61,706 nt of DNA from an uncultured Bacilli bacterium (GCA_947626035.1 CANQQR010000004.1:1-61706), one strand, 5' to 3'; numbered from the stretch's first letter, positions 9,504-20,453 are shown. The notes: generated by a model from the sequence alone, not told the origin. A program made the numbers and translations.

Positions 9504-11369
9504 ATCTTTCTTACTCTTCTTTTCTTTCTTACTATTATTATACTCTTCCACTAAAGCCTCAATTTCCTCTTTAGTAATAGTTTCCTTTTCACTCAAAGTA
9601 TTAGCAAGCAATGTAACTAAATCCTTATTCTTAATCAAAATAGACTTAGCTCTTTCATAACACTCATTCATAATCTTTCTAATCTCTTTATCAATCTCAA
9701 GTGCTACAGTATCACTATAATTCTTATTACTAGTAGTATAATCTCTACCTAAAAATACCTCACTACTTCTATGCTCTAATTGAACAGGTCCTAAATCACT
9801 CATACCATACTCAGTAACCATACTTCTCGCAATAGCAGTAGCTCTCTTAAAGTCATCACTTGCACCAGTACTCATTTCTCCTAAAAATAACTCTTCACTA
9901 ACACGTCCACCTAAATAACTAGTAATCCTTTGAAGTAACTCTTCCTTAGTCATAACTAAAGTTCTCTCTTCCTTAGGAAGCATTTGTGTATAACCTCCAG
10001 CCATACCTCTTGGAATAATAGTTATCTTATGAACTTCCTCACCATTAGGAAGCTCAATACCTAAAACAGCATGTCCACTCTCATGATAAGCAACAACTTT
10101 CTTCTCAAAATCAGTAACCTTTCTACTAACCTTAGCAGGTCCCATTAAAACCCTATCACTTGCTTCATCAATCTCATCCATACCAATAGCATTCTTATTT
10201 CTTCTAACAGCTAAAAGTGCAGCCTCATTAAGTAAATTCTCTAAATCAGCACCACTATACCCTGGTGTCCTTTGTGCAATATGCTCAAGTTTTACACTCT
10301 CTTCTAAAATCTTACCCTTAGCATGAACATTCAAAATAGCTTCTCTTTCCTTAACATCAGGTAAATTAACAGTAACTTGTCTATCAAACCTACCTGGCCT
10401 TAAAAGTGCAGGATCTAAAACATCAGGCCTATTAGTAGCAGCTATAATAATAATTCCCTCATTAGCGCCAAAACCATCCATCTCAGTAAGTAACTGATTT
10501 AAAGTTTGCTCTCTCTCATCATGTCCTCCACCTAAACCAGTACCTCTTTGTCTACCAACTGCATCAATCTCATCAATAAATATCAAACATGGAGCAGTTT
10601 GCTTAGCTTGCTTAAACATGTCTCTTACTCTACTAGCACCAACACCAACAAACAACTCAACAAAATCACTACCACTTATATAATAAAATGGTACACGTGC
10701 TTCTCCCGCAACAGCCTTAGCAAGTAAAGTCTTACCAGTTCCAGGAGGCCCTACTAAAAGCACACCCTTTGGAATTCTAGCACCAAGCTTTTGAAACTTC
10801 TTAGGATTTTTAAGAAAATCAATAAGCTCCTTAACTTCCTCTTTCTCCTCATTTAATCCAGCAACATCCTTAAAAGTAGTCTTACCTCCATCTTGATTTA
10901 ACTTAGCTCTACTTCTACCAAAATCTAAAGTTCCACCTTTTCCATTACCCATCATTGATCTAACCAAATAAACAGAAAGACTGGCTATCATAATAATAGG
11001 AATAAACTCCATAAGAACAGAAACCCAAACATACCTAGGTTCTTTATTAACAACAATATCTAATTGTTGCAAATTAGCTTCCTCTAATACCTTACTAATA
11101 ACACTATCAGTATAAGGCAAAATAAGCGTAAAACTCTCATTCTTATCATAATCCTCTAACTTACCTGTTAACAAATAAGTACTATCACTTGACTTAGGTG
11201 TAACCTCTAACTTAGTAACTTGTTCACTCTCTAAATAAGTCATAAACTCATTATAACTTAACTCATGCACTTTAGTATTATTAGCATCCCAAAAATAAGC
11301 AGCAACTAATATTACAGACAAAAGTAACACATAAGGTAAAAATGTTCTAACACTATTATTTCTCTTCAT
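9498..11369 (-). CDS. ftsH: ATP-dependent zinc metalloprotease FtsH
   Basis: 623 aa. [34 protein letters not shown] zinc motif. Confidence 0.97.
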   Translation of the reverse strand: MKRNNSVRTFLPYVLLLSVILVAAYFWDANNTKVHELSYNEFMTYLESEQVTKLEVTPKSSDSTYLLTGKLEDYDKNESFTLILPYTDSVISKVLEEANLQQLDIVVNKEPRYVWVSVLMEFIPIIMIASLSVYLVRSMMGNGKGGTLDFGRSRAKLNQDGGKTTFKDVAGLNEEKEEVKELIDFLKNPKKFQKLGARIPKGVLLVGPPGTGKTLLAKAVAGEARVPFYYISGSDFVELFVGVGASRVRDMFKQAKQTAPCLIFIDEIDAVGRQRGTGLGGGHDEREQTLNQLLTEMDGFGANEGIIIIAATNRPDVLDPALLRPGRFDRQVTVNLPDVKEREAILNVHAKGKILEESVKLEHIAQRTPGYSGADLENLLNEAALLAVRRNKNAIGMDEIDEASDRVLMGPAKVSRKVTDFEKKVVAYHESGHAVLGIELPNGEEVHKITIIPRGMAGGYTQMLPKEERTLVMTKEELLQRITSYLGGRVSEELFLGEMSTGASDDFKRATAIARSMVTEYGMSDLGPVQLEHRSSEVFLGRDYTTSNKNYSDTVALEIDKEIRKIMNECYERAKSILIKNKDLVTLLANTLSEKETITKEEIEALVEEYNNSKKEKKSKKDE

Positions 11370-11385
11370 AAGATTTCCTCCTCTT

Positions 11386-12711
11386 TTAATAATACTTAAG
11401 TATTATATCATATTCCTGACTCTTTTCCTTATCAAATTTACTTTTTTTAAGACCAGGAATCCAAACAACATTATTATTAGCATCACACACAACAGGCCAA
11501 ACACTTCTATCTTTACTACTAATCTTACAATCTATAAATATATCATTAACCTTTTTATGTCCATCCATACCCTTAACACACATCTTGTCTCCATTTCTTC
11601 TTGTCCTAACATAAAGTGGAAGCAAAACCTCCTTAGAACTTAATCTAGTCACATAATTACTCGTATCTTCATCCAAACTAGTAGTAACAATATTCATCCC
11701 ATTAGGTAAATTAACCACATCCCCAATTTCAATCTCATAAACATCATACTCTTCCTCTTCATAACCAAAAGTAAGCTTATCATAAGTCTTAATAACCTTA
11801 ACATTATTAGGTAAATGAACAACAGCCTGAGCCCTATCTCCATTAACTAAATCCATAATAAGCTTAACATGAGTATTAGTAACAATAAACAAATCATCTC
11901 CATAAATCTTCTCTAAAATATTATAAATAATCTTAACCTGAATCAAATGATCTAACTCTAAAAACTTACCAATATAAAGAACACCATCAACAAGCACTCT
12001 ATTAATAATATGACTAACTTCTCTATCAATATAACTATTACACTCTATCAAAGTCTCACTAAACTTCAAAAACTTCTCATGAACATTCGCGTCCTCACTC
12101 TTCAAAAACGGAAGAACATACTTTCTATACCTATTCCTAGTATAAGTATCTTTACTATTAGACTTATCAATAAAATACTTAATATGTTGCTTCTTACAAT
12201 AATCTGCTAAATTCTCCTTAGTAACACTAATAAGAGGCCTCAAAATAACATAATCTCCTCTATCAATACTCTTAGAAAATCCACTATAGCCTTTCAAAGT
12301 AGACCCTCTAACAATCCTCATCAAAATAGTCTCAATCAAATCGTCCCCATGATGAGCAGTCATCAAAAACTTAGCATTATTCTCTTTACAAACCCTATCA
12401 AAAAAATTATATCTAATAGTTCTAGCCTCATTATGAAAATTATCATCTCCATAATTAGTAATCTTCATAAACTCAAACTGCAAACCCTTTTCCCTACAAA
12501 ACTCTCTCAAATACTCTTCTTCTATCTTACTCTCTTCTCTAACATTATGATTAACATGACACACAATCACTATCAAATCAAGTTCCTCTTTAAGCCTAAT
12601 AAGCAAATCCAAAAGAGCCATAGAATCAGGTCCACCAGACACCCCAACAGCCACAACATCCCTATACCTTATTCCGCTTTCCTTTAACAAATATTCATAA
12701 ATTTCTTCCAT
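11386..12711 (-). CDS. tilS: tRNA(Ile)-lysidine synthetase
   Basis: VGVSGGPDSMAL PP-loop. Position directly upstream of ftsH. No hprT between them. Confidence 0.9.
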   Translation of the reverse strand: MEEIYEYLLKESGIRYRDVVAVGVSGGPDSMALLDLLIRLKEELDLIVIVCHVNHNVREESKIEEEYLREFCREKGLQFEFMKITNYGDDNFHNEARTIRYNFFDRVCKENNAKFLMTAHHGDDLIETILMRIVRGSTLKGYSGFSKSIDRGDYVILRPLISVTKENLADYCKKQHIKYFIDKSNSKDTYTRNRYRKYVLPFLKSEDANVHEKFLKFSETLIECNSYIDREVSHIINRVLVDGVLYIGKFLELDHLIQVKIIYNILEKIYGDDLFIVTNTHVKLIMDLVNGDRAQAVVHLPNNVKVIKTYDKLTFGYEEEEYDVYEIEIGDVVNLPNGMNIVTTSLDEDTSNYVTRLSSKEVLLPLYVRTRRNGDKMCVKGMDGHKKVNDIFIDCKISSKDRSVWPVVCDANNNVVWIPGLKKSKFDKEKSQEYDIILKYY

Positions 12712-12724
12712 AACACTTTCTTCC

Positions 12725-13357
12725 TTAATCAGTCTCCACTACATAAAGTTTATTACTGTCCTTAATTAGATAAAATACACCACTACTCTCATACCCCATA
12801 TCAGTAACATATTCCCAACTAGCACTAGCCTTAAAAGCTTCATAACTCTGTCCATTATAATCATATGCCACGTCTTCTACACTACTAACATTAACATCCT
12901 TAACCTCAGGTAAATCTTGTACCCTATCTCCATAAACATTATTCTTAACATGATTATACATAGTATCTCCAGCATTAAGCTTAAAATTATCAAGAATATC
13001 AGGATGAACAAACTCTATTCCTCCAATATCACTACTAGTTAACTTATTACTAAGAGTATAAAAATCTGTAACAAAAAGCTTAGTTAAAATAGTAGCATAA
13101 CTATTATAATCTATTTCTTCCTTATTTAAAACATCTTTTAACTCATTAAAATACTTTTTATATAAAGAAGTATCTAAATCATCCAAACTATAACCATAAA
13201 CCTCCAAAGTATCTAACTTCTTCTTACTAACAACTTCCTTTTCATCCTTAACAACAAACTCAAGAACAAACTTCACACCAGTAACAACTAAAACAACCAA
13301 AATAAGAAAACCCATAACAGCATAAAACACTCTTGACTTATTAATAACCTTTTTCAT
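12725..13357 (-). CDS. membrane-anchored hypothetical protein
   Basis: 210 aa with an N-terminal TM anchor. No motif recognised. Confidence 0.5.
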   Translation of the reverse strand: MKKVINKSRVFYAVMGFLILVVLVVTGVKFVLEFVVKDEKEVVSKKKLDTLEVYGYSLDDLDTSLYKKYFNELKDVLNKEEIDYNSYATILTKLFVTDFYTLSNKLTSSDIGGIEFVHPDILDNFKLNAGDTMYNHVKNNVYGDRVQDLPEVKDVNVSSVEDVAYDYNGQSYEAFKASASWEYVTDMGYESSGVFYLIKDSNKLYVVETD

Positions 13358-13360
13358 TCC

Positions 13361-15475
13361 TTAATCTTTCCTCTCTAACAATTCATCTGCTTTACTAATC
13401 AAATCATGTACTATAATAGACTTACTAACCTCAAGTCTAGTATCAGCATACTCTTTAATCCTATCAATATAACCTGAATCAATTGGCAAATCATTAAGCA
13501 AAATATACTCATCCTTTAAATTACTATAAAACACATTATTAGTAAGAACATTACCATTAGGAAACACAACAATTCTCTCATTACTAGAGAAAACATCGCT
13601 TCCTAATGCATAATTATAATCTAAATTAAACATATTAGCAATAGTAGGAAACACATCCCACATACCCATAACATCCTTAATCTCGCCTTGTAACTTCTTA
13701 TCACTAGTCCAAATAATCAAAGGTGTATTCTTTAAAAGCTCATACTTATAATTATCAATATCAACATAAGTAGGATCACTCTCATCCTTTAAATCATCAG
13801 TATAAGCATCATAATTATATAAAAGTCTCAAATTCTTCTTACCTAACTTACTCTCATGATCTCCATAAATAACAAACACAGTATCTTCATCCAAATTATT
13901 CTCCATAACCATATCAAAGAACTCACCCAAAGCTTCATCAGCATAATGTGCACTCTTCAAATAATTACCCATTTGAGTACCCTCAATATAAGGAACAGTC
14001 ACACTCTCCATAATCTCATTACCATTTTCATCAAACTCTCCTGTACCCTTATCATAAGTAATACTAAAATCCAAATCTCCATACTTACTAACATCATCAA
14101 ACGGACTATGATTACTAAGAGTAATAATAGTACCCATAAAATTCTCATGATCTGCCTTAATATCAGTCAAAATAGGAATAATTTGCTTAAAAAATGACTT
14201 ATCAGAAAGACCTAAACCAACCCAATCTGGGTCACTCTTATCTTTAGGAACAAGATACCTGTCCTTTGCATAAAACTCTTGATAACCCAAAGTCTTATAC
14301 ATAGTTAACCTATTCCAATAAGTAGCCTCATTAGCATGCATACTAAACGTATAATAACCTTTCTTATTAAATTGTTGTTGAAGTGTCTCATAAGTTCTAT
14401 CATAAAAATTAATAAAAACTGTACCACTACTACTTGGAAGAAGACCAGTACTCAAAGTAAACTCAGTATCACTACTAGTACCAACACTAATTTGTGGATA
14501 AAAAGAAGAAAAATACAATCCCTCTTTACTAATCCTATTCAAATTAGGTGTAATAACAGTACCATTAATCTCCAAATCAATCAAATAATTCTGAATAGAC
14601 TCAGCATGAATAAAAATAACATTCTTACCCTCAAAAATATTAGTATACTGATTACTCTCCTTACTAACCTCTCTATTATTATAAAAATCCCTAAAAGTCT
14701 TAACCGCACTATCATAACCAAACATAGAACTAACACTAGGCTCTAAACTCTGAACCAAATCATTAAAAGTATACAAATATAACCCAAACCTTTGCACATT
14801 ATAATCCCTATTCCATTGCTTAATTAACCTACTAGCCTCACTAGGAACCAAAGTAACAATAACAAAAGCAATAATAACAACACCAACAATAATATTACTA
14901 GCAAACATCCTCTTACCCTTTTCATGCTTACCAACCTCAAAATAATAATTCTTCTTACTCAAAACACCATTAACAATAATCATAATTATAGGCGCAATAA
15001 TATAAATAAAATAAATAAGCTCAAGTCTACTAGTAACAGAATCACTAACCTCGCCCAACATAGACAAAGTAGCAAGCAAACTAACACTAACAAAACTCAT
15101 ATAAAAAGTATAATAAATATGATTTATAATACACAAAAATGTATAAAAAACACTAAGACCAAAAAAATACTTAAACTGATTTTTAGGCTTAAACAAATAC
15201 CCAAAACTACCAAGCAAAACACACATAGTAAAATCACATACAAACGCTTTAATATCAAATGCTTCGCCAACAGTAAGAAGCCTTAACAAAAAACCAATAA
15301 AAATAGAAGTACACAAATAAGTCAAAAACAAAACATTAGTAGAAAAATACTTCTTAAAACTTCTTAAAAATTTCCCTAACTTAACTTTAAAATTCTTCTT
15401 ACTAAAAATATCTTTAAATTTAACCTTAATATTCTTCATTTTATCTAACATTTTTCTATACCTCGACACATACAT
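13361..15475 (-). CDS. LTA synthase family protein (sulfatase domain)
   Basis: 704 aa. N-terminal polytopic region plus extracellular sulfatase-like domain (FIHAESIQN, GTSSDTEFT, YGDHES). Confidence 0.8.
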   Translation of the reverse strand: MYVSRYRKMLDKMKNIKVKFKDIFSKKNFKVKLGKFLRSFKKYFSTNVLFLTYLCTSIFIGFLLRLLTVGEAFDIKAFVCDFTMCVLLGSFGYLFKPKNQFKYFFGLSVFYTFLCIINHIYYTFYMSFVSVSLLATLSMLGEVSDSVTSRLELIYFIYIIAPIIMIIVNGVLSKKNYYFEVGKHEKGKRMFASNIIVGVVIIAFVIVTLVPSEASRLIKQWNRDYNVQRFGLYLYTFNDLVQSLEPSVSSMFGYDSAVKTFRDFYNNREVSKESNQYTNIFEGKNVIFIHAESIQNYLIDLEINGTVITPNLNRISKEGLYFSSFYPQISVGTSSDTEFTLSTGLLPSSSGTVFINFYDRTYETLQQQFNKKGYYTFSMHANEATYWNRLTMYKTLGYQEFYAKDRYLVPKDKSDPDWVGLGLSDKSFFKQIIPILTDIKADHENFMGTIITLSNHSPFDDVSKYGDLDFSITYDKGTGEFDENGNEIMESVTVPYIEGTQMGNYLKSAHYADEALGEFFDMVMENNLDEDTVFVIYGDHESKLGKKNLRLLYNYDAYTDDLKDESDPTYVDIDNYKYELLKNTPLIIWTSDKKLQGEIKDVMGMWDVFPTIANMFNLDYNYALGSDVFSSNERIVVFPNGNVLTNNVFYSNLKDEYILLNDLPIDSGYIDRIKEYADTRLEVSKSIIVHDLISKADELLERKD

Positions 15476-15504
15476 TATATCAAAATAATATGCACATTTT
15501 CAAC

Positions 15505-15548
15505 AAATAAAATAAAAAGACAAAAATATCTTTACATATTCCTGTCTT
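15505..15548 (-). terminator. rho-independent terminator closing the paralog locus
   Basis: Coding strand AAGACAGGAATAT-GUAAAG-AUAUUUUUGUCUU (13 pairs including two G-U) followed by UUUAUUUUAUUU. Confidence 0.7.
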
Positions 15549-16137
15549 AAGGTAACTTAGTTGTACCCTCTTTATAAGTATCATTATAATATAATGTACT
15601 ACCAGTAGTATCAACATAAAGTGTTCCATCAAACTTCTTACCTTGACTCTCATTTTGATTAACACTAGTTTCAGGCAATTCCATAGTAAGACTATAAGTA
15701 ATAACTGTCTCACTCTCACTTGGTGGAAAACTCTTATCAACTATCACAATATCTTTTTGTTCTCCACTACTATCTAACTCTATCTCTCCAACTGCACCAG
15801 AACCCTCAGTCTCACTAGTAACACTAGCAACAAGCCCTGGCATAGTATTAGTATACATTAACTTAATCTTAATAGGCCTTGTAGCATCACTAGCACTACT
15901 AGTAATAGTAAACGTCTTAGTCTCTTTCCAACTAGGCTCAATATTAGTTGCAGTCTTAAAATCAGCACCACCATCAAACTTAATAACACCAACATTAGCA
16001 CTACCAACATTAATAACAGGCTCGCCAGTAGTATTCATTTTAGCAGTAAAATAAGCGAAAGTAACACCAATAACCGTAACAATAACAGTCGCAATAGTCA
16101 ACACAACCAATATAATCTCATGCTTTCTACTCTTCAT
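15547..16137 (-). CDS. diverged TasA/camelysin-like secreted protein (paralog I)
   Basis: N-terminus MKSRKHEIILVVLTIATVIVTVIGVTFAYFTAKM (TFAYFT motif). Mature part carries EPSWKETKTFTIT and NESQGKKFDG, homologous to the PGW and QQG islands of the cassettes. Confidence 0.7.
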   Translation of the reverse strand: MKSRKHEIILVVLTIATVIVTVIGVTFAYFTAKMNTTGEPVINVGSANVGVIKFDGGADFKTATNIEPSWKETKTFTITSSASDATRPIKIKLMYTNTMPGLVASVTSETEGSGAVGEIELDSSGEQKDIVIVDKSFPPSESETVITYSLTMELPETSVNQNESQGKKFDGTLYVDTTGSTLYYNDTYKEGTTKLP

Positions 16138-16154
16138 AATAATTCCTTTCCAAC

Positions 16155-16760
16155 TTACAAATTAGGACTACCCTTAGCAATTATCTTACCCTCAAAAACC
16201 TTTCCTTGTAAATTATTTTGATTTTCTCCATTATCAAGAAATTTAACAGTCAATGTATATCTATGAGTAACACCGGTATTAATAGTACCAGTACCAATAC
16301 TAGAACTAGCACTAGGAACAATAAGTTCTCCAGGAATAGTAACCACCCTATTAGTATCACTTATAGGAACATTAACATCTCCTCTAAAACTAGTACTACT
16401 TAAAGTATAAACAAACGACTCATCATTAATAGTATTCTTATCAACATACCAATACAAAGTATAATCTCCAATAGCATTCTCAACTTGACTAACATTAGCA
16501 ATAGTAAACACTAACTCTTGACTCCAACCAGGTTCAACACTATCTGCATTAATATCATTCTCAGCATAAAAAGTAGTCATAATCTCTGAAACAGCTTGCA
16601 TACCAACCTCACCATTAGTATCATTACCAACAACACCAGAAAGCCAAAAAGCATAAGTAGTACCAACACTTACTGATATAAATGATAAAACAGAAACAAT
16701 AGCATAAATATAACTTCTAATAGAAAGCTTTAAATCATCTCTACTCTTTTTATCTTTCAT
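16155..16760 (-). CDS. diverged TasA/camelysin-like secreted protein (paralog H)
   Basis: Start moved to ATG 16760 (GGTGA SD): MKDKKSRDDL.., TM, GTTYAFWLSG. EPGWSQELVFTIAN and NNLQGKVFEG islands. Confidence 0.65.
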   Translation of the reverse strand: MKDKKSRDDLKLSIRSYIYAIVSVLSFISVSVGTTYAFWLSGVVGNDTNGEVGMQAVSEIMTTFYAENDINADSVEPGWSQELVFTIANVSQVENAIGDYTLYWYVDKNTINDESFVYTLSSTSFRGDVNVPISDTNRVVTIPGELIVPSASSSIGTGTINTGVTHRYTLTVKFLDNGENQNNLQGKVFEGKIIAKGSPNL

Positions 16761-16966
16761 ATAATCACCATATCTTACATATATTACTATATAATATAAT
16801 ACCAATAATTCCAAAAAAAAACAATACCAAAAGAAAAAAACACGCAAAAAATTAAATGACCCAATATCACTCTAAAAATAAAATAATAACCCCAAATAAC
16901 AAAAAACACACACTTCTACTTCCCCAAATAGTAAATTAACTATGTTCTTTCTTTCTCTTATCTCTT

Positions 16967-17617
16967 CTATTCTTCAAATGGATTTTTTTCTGTTCCTTGT
17001 GGGTTATCATTATTGTAGTAAATAGTATCGCCACTTGATAACTTACATGAAACTGTCGCTGCAATACTTGCTCCTTGTTGTTCATTTTGAGGAACTTCTG
17101 TTTCCTTGAAAGTTATTTTATATTTGAAGTTATGTACTAAATCACTTCCACTAGCATCTATTGTTCCAGTTGCTAATGGTATTGTTTGTGAGCCACCTGT
17201 AATCTTTACACCATCGCCATCTCCAGTGAATGCTTCATCAAGTTTAGCACCAGTTCCAGCAGTTGCAGTTACATACAAATCAGTAAAAGCAGTTTTTCCA
17301 TCGACACCTGAGTCAGCAGAAGCAGTATTTGAAGTAACTTCTAAATTACATACATAGTTAAATGTACTTTGACCCTTTGTTGCTGTTATAGTTACTGTTT
17401 GATCTTTACTGTCCCAACCTGGTAATATTTTAGTACCAGTTACAGCAGCAGTTTCATACTTAATTGTTCCTAGTTGTGCTGCTCCAACTTCTACATTTGC
17501 AGGATTACCTTGCATTGTTGTAGTGAAATATGCAAATGTAGCACCGATTATAGCAACTAAAAGTGTAGCAATTCCAATTACTGATAAGAATATAGTTTGC
17601 CCTCTATTATCTCCCGT
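16967..17617 (-). CDS. cassette G: full-length secreted-protein frame lacking a canonical start (ACG at 17615-17617)
   Basis: The frame is open from the TAA at 17648-17650 down to the stop at 16967. It encodes ..TGDNRGQTIFLSVIGIATLLVAIIGATFAYFTTTMQGNPANV... I found no in-frame ATG/GTG/TTG upstream of the internal Met used by the ORF track. Confidence 0.6.
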   Translation of the reverse strand, partial: TGDNRGQTIFLSVIGIATLLVAIIGATFAYFTTTMQGNPANVEVGAAQLGTIKYETAAVTGTKILPGWDSKDQTVTITATKGQSTFNYVCNLEVTSNTASADSGVDGKTAFTDLYVTATAGTGAKLDEAFTGDGDGVKITGGSQTIPLATGTIDASGSDLVHNFKYKITFKETEVPQNEQQGASIAATVSCKLSSGDTIYYNNDNPQGTEKNPFEE

Positions 17618-17678
17618 CTCCTCCTCCCCACACTCATAAATAGTAAATTAACTATGTTCTTTCTTTCTCTTATCTCTT
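17516..17678. repeat. inter-cassette junction repeat (F 3' tail + G leader)
   Basis: Contains the leader block and ataaatagtaaattaactatgttctttctttctcttatct. Recurs at 18237-18409, 18932-19113, 19606-19787 and 20286-20453, with partial copies at 16925-16966, 20955-21041, 21345-21406 and 21905-22006. Confidence 0.9.
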
Positions 17679-18338
17679 CTATTCTTCAAATGGATTTTTT
17701 TCTGTTCCAGTTTGATTTTCATTATTGTAATAAAGTTCGCCTTTACCTGTTAACTTACATGAAACTGTTGCTGCGATAGTTGCTCCTTGTTGTTTATCTT
17801 GAGACTCATTTTTATCTTTGAAAGATATTTTGTATTTGAAGTTATGTTCTAAATCACTTCCATTAGCATCTATTGTTCCAGTTGCTAATGGTATTGTTTG
17901 CACAGCGCTTGTACCGTCTATTTGCACACCATCTTCACTTGAAGTTATAGCATTATCAATTTTAGCACCAGTTCCAACAGTTGCAGTTACATACAAATCA
18001 GTAAAAGCAGTTTTTCCATCAACACCTGAGTCTTCAGAAGCAGTATTTGTAGATACAATTAAATCACATTCATATTCGAATGTACTTTGACCTTTTGTTG
18101 CTGTTATAGTTACTGTCTTATCTGTACTGTCCCAACCTGGAAATATATTAGTAGCTTCTGTAACAGGTTCAGCAGAATAAGAAATAGTTCCTAGTTGTGC
18201 TGCTCCAACATTTACATTTGCTGCTTTACCTTGCATTGTTGTAGTGAAATATGCAAATGTAGCACCGATTATAGCAACTAAAAGTGTAGCAATTCCAATT
18301 ACTGATAAGAATATAGTTTGCCCTCTATTATCTCTCGT
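17679..18338 (-). CDS. cassette F: full-length frame, ACG at 18336-18338
   Basis: Same leader. The mature region is closely related to cassette G (TVTITATKGQSTFxYxC.L, TAFTDLYVTAT, tail YYNNxNxxGTEKNPFEE). Confidence 0.6.
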   Translation of the reverse strand, partial: TRDNRGQTIFLSVIGIATLLVAIIGATFAYFTTTMQGKAANVNVGAAQLGTISYSAEPVTEATNIFPGWDSTDKTVTITATKGQSTFEYECDLIVSTNTASEDSGVDGKTAFTDLYVTATVGTGAKIDNAITSSEDGVQIDGTSAVQTIPLATGTIDANGSDLEHNFKYKISFKDKNESQDKQQGATIAATVSCKLTGKGELYYNNENQTGTEKNPFEE

Positions 18339-18409
18339 TTCTTCCTCTCCACACCCATAAATAGTAAATTAACTATGTTCTTTCTTTATTTATTTATTTT
18401 TGCTCGTTA
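18237..18409. repeat. inter-cassette junction repeat (E/F)
   Basis: See 17516-17678. The 3' element is partly diverged here (..ctttctttatttatttatttttgctcg). Confidence 0.85.
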
Positions 18410-19033
18410 TTAATGACTTTGTTCTGTGAAATGTTGTCCATCTTCTTCGCCAGATAGCTTACATGAAACTGTTGCAGCAATATTAGCTCCTTGTTGTTCA
18501 TTTTGAGACTTATTTGTATCTTTGAAAGTTAATTTATATGTGAAGTTATGTATTAAAGTAGTTCCATTAGCATCAATTGAACCAGTCGCTAATTTTATTG
18601 TTTGTGGTGCTTCTGTAGCTTCTATCTTTACCCCATCGCCTTGAGTTAATCCAGTTTCAACAGTTGCACCAGTTCCAGCAGTTGCAGTTACATATAAATC
18701 AGTAAAAGCAGTAGCTCCATCAACACCTTCAGCTGCAGCAGTATTTGAAGATACGACTAAATTACATTCATATTCAAATGTACCATTACCTTTAGTAGCA
18801 GTTATTGTTACTGTTTGATCTTTACTGTCCCAACCTGGAAATATATTAGAACCAGTTACAGCAGCAGCAGTAAAACTAATACTTCCTAATTGTGCAGCAT
18901 TCACAGTTACATCTTTTGCTTGTCCTTGCATTGTTGTAGTGAAATATGCAAATGTAGCACCGATTATAGCAACTAAAAGTGTAGCAATTCCAATTACTGA
19001 TAAGAATATAGTTTGCCCTCTATTATCTCCCGT
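18410..19033 (-). CDS. cassette E: full-length frame, ACG at 19031-19033
   Basis: Same leader. Mature region of the E/F/G subfamily with a unique C-terminal tail (..SGEEDGQHFTEQSH). Confidence 0.6.
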   Translation of the reverse strand, partial: TGDNRGQTIFLSVIGIATLLVAIIGATFAYFTTTMQGQAKDVTVNAAQLGSISFTAAAVTGSNIFPGWDSKDQTVTITATKGNGTFEYECNLVVSSNTAAAEGVDGATAFTDLYVTATAGTGATVETGLTQGDGVKIEATEAPQTIKLATGSIDANGTTLIHNFTYKLTFKDTNKSQNEQQGANIAATVSCKLSGEEDGQHFTEQSH

Positions 19034-19113
19034 CTCCTCCCCTCCACACCCATAAATAGTAAATTAACTATGTTCTTTCTTTCTCTTATCTCGTTTTGCT
19101 TATTATTGTTGGT
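18932..19113. repeat. inter-cassette junction repeat (D/E)
   Basis: See 17516-17678. Confidence 0.9.
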
Positions 19114-19707
19114 CTATTGACCTTTTTGTTGTGAATCTGTGTATTTTGCTTCGCCTGATAGCTTACATGTTACTTGTCCAGCAATGTTTCCACCTTGTTG
19201 CTCATTTTGTTCTTCATCATCTTTGAAAGCTAGTTTATAAGTAATTGTATGTATTGCTTGTTCTCCAGTTGTTTCTATAGTACCATGTGCTATTTTTAAT
19301 GTTTGAACACCTTCTGCTCCATCAGCTGAACTTATTTGTTTACCTTCGCCAGAAAAGCCATCTTCAATTGTAGCATTAGAAGACTCAGCACTAAAATACA
19401 AATCGGTAAATTTAGTATTTGCTGTCACTTCTAAATTACATTCATAATCAAATTTACCTGCACCACCTGCAGCAACAGTTATTGTTGCGGTTCCTGTCTT
19501 CTCCCAACCTGGAAATATATTAGAATCTGTTATTCCAGTTGCAGTATAAGTAATTGTAGGTAATGTTGCTGAACCAACATTAATATCGCCTTGAGTTCCT
19601 GTCATTGTTGTAGTGAAATATGCAAATGTAGCACCGATTATAGCAACTAAAAGTGTAGCAATTCCAATTACTGATAAGAATATAGTTTGCCCTCTATTAT
19701 CTCCCGT
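19114..19707 (-). CDS. cassette D: full-length frame, ACG at 19705-19707
   Basis: Same leader. The mature region is near-identical to cassette C over long stretches. Tail GEAKYTDSQQKGQ. Confidence 0.6.
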   Translation of the reverse strand, partial: TGDNRGQTIFLSVIGIATLLVAIIGATFAYFTTTMTGTQGDINVGSATLPTITYTATGITDSNIFPGWEKTGTATITVAAGGAGKFDYECNLEVTANTKFTDLYFSAESSNATIEDGFSGEGKQISSADGAEGVQTLKIAHGTIETTGEQAIHTITYKLAFKDDEEQNEQQGGNIAGQVTCKLSGEAKYTDSQQKGQ

Positions 19708-19787
19708 CTCCTCCCCTCCACACCCATAAATAGTAAATTAACTATGTTCTTTCTTTCTCTTATCTCGTTTTGCTTATTATTGTTGGT
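19606..19787. repeat. inter-cassette junction repeat (C/D)
   Basis: See 17516-17678. Confidence 0.9.
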
Positions 19788-20402
19788 CTATTGACCTTTT
19801 TGTTGTGAATCTGTGTATTTTGCTTCCCCAGATAACTTACATGTTACAGCACCAACAATACTACCGCCTTCTTGTGAAGTTTGAGGCTCATCTGTATCTT
19901 TAAAAGTTAGTTTATAAGTAATTGTATGTGTTGCTTCTGTTCCAGTTGTTTCTATAGTTCCGCTTGCTATTTTTAAAGTTTGAACGCCCTCTTCTCCGTC
20001 AGCAGAACTTATTTGTTTACCTTCGCCAGAAAAACCAGATTCAATTGTTGCATCAGAAGATTCAGCACTAAAATACAAATCAGTAAATTTAGTGTTTGTT
20101 GTTACTTCTAGACTACATTCATACTCAAATTTACCAGCACCACCTGCAGCAACTTTTATAGTCGCAGTTCCTGACTCAGACCAACCTGGAAATATATTTG
20201 TGCCAGTCAAAGCAGTTGCAGTATAACTAATTGCTGGTAATGTCGCAGCTCCAACATTAATACTACCTTTTTGAGTTTCTTGCATTGTTGTAGTGAAATA
20301 TGCAAATGTAGCACCGATTATAGCAACTAAAAGTGTAGCAATTCCAATTACTGATAAGAATATAGTTTGCCCTCTATTATCTCCTGTCTCCTCCTCCCAC
20401 AC
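19788..20402 (-). CDS. cassette C: in-frame GTG (20400-20402) but no SD; ACA at the homologous start position
   Basis: MWEEETGDNRGQTIFLSV... The purine tract upstream is 1 nt shorter than in D-G, which brings the GTG into frame. Confidence 0.6.
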   Translation of the reverse strand: MWEEETGDNRGQTIFLSVIGIATLLVAIIGATFAYFTTTMQETQKGSINVGAATLPAISYTATALTGTNIFPGWSESGTATIKVAAGGAGKFEYECSLEVTTNTKFTDLYFSAESSDATIESGFSGEGKQISSADGEEGVQTLKIASGTIETTGTEATHTITYKLTFKDTDEPQTSQEGGSIVGAVTCKLSGEAKYTDSQQKGQ

Positions 20403-20453
20403 CCATAAATAGTAAATTAACTATGTTCTTTCTTTCTCTTATCTTATTTCTCT
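20286..20453. repeat. inter-cassette junction repeat (B/C)
   Basis: See 17516-17678. Confidence 0.9.

Noticed and set aside
16967-19605. ORF-track starts of cassettes D-G at the internal Met (MQG.. / MTG..), which would give cytoplasmic proteins without a signal peptide.
   Set aside because: The reading frame continues upstream, without a stop, through a complete and perfectly conserved signal-peptide block identical to that of copy A. The internal Met is the last residue of the ..FAYFTTTM motif, not a plausible biological start.
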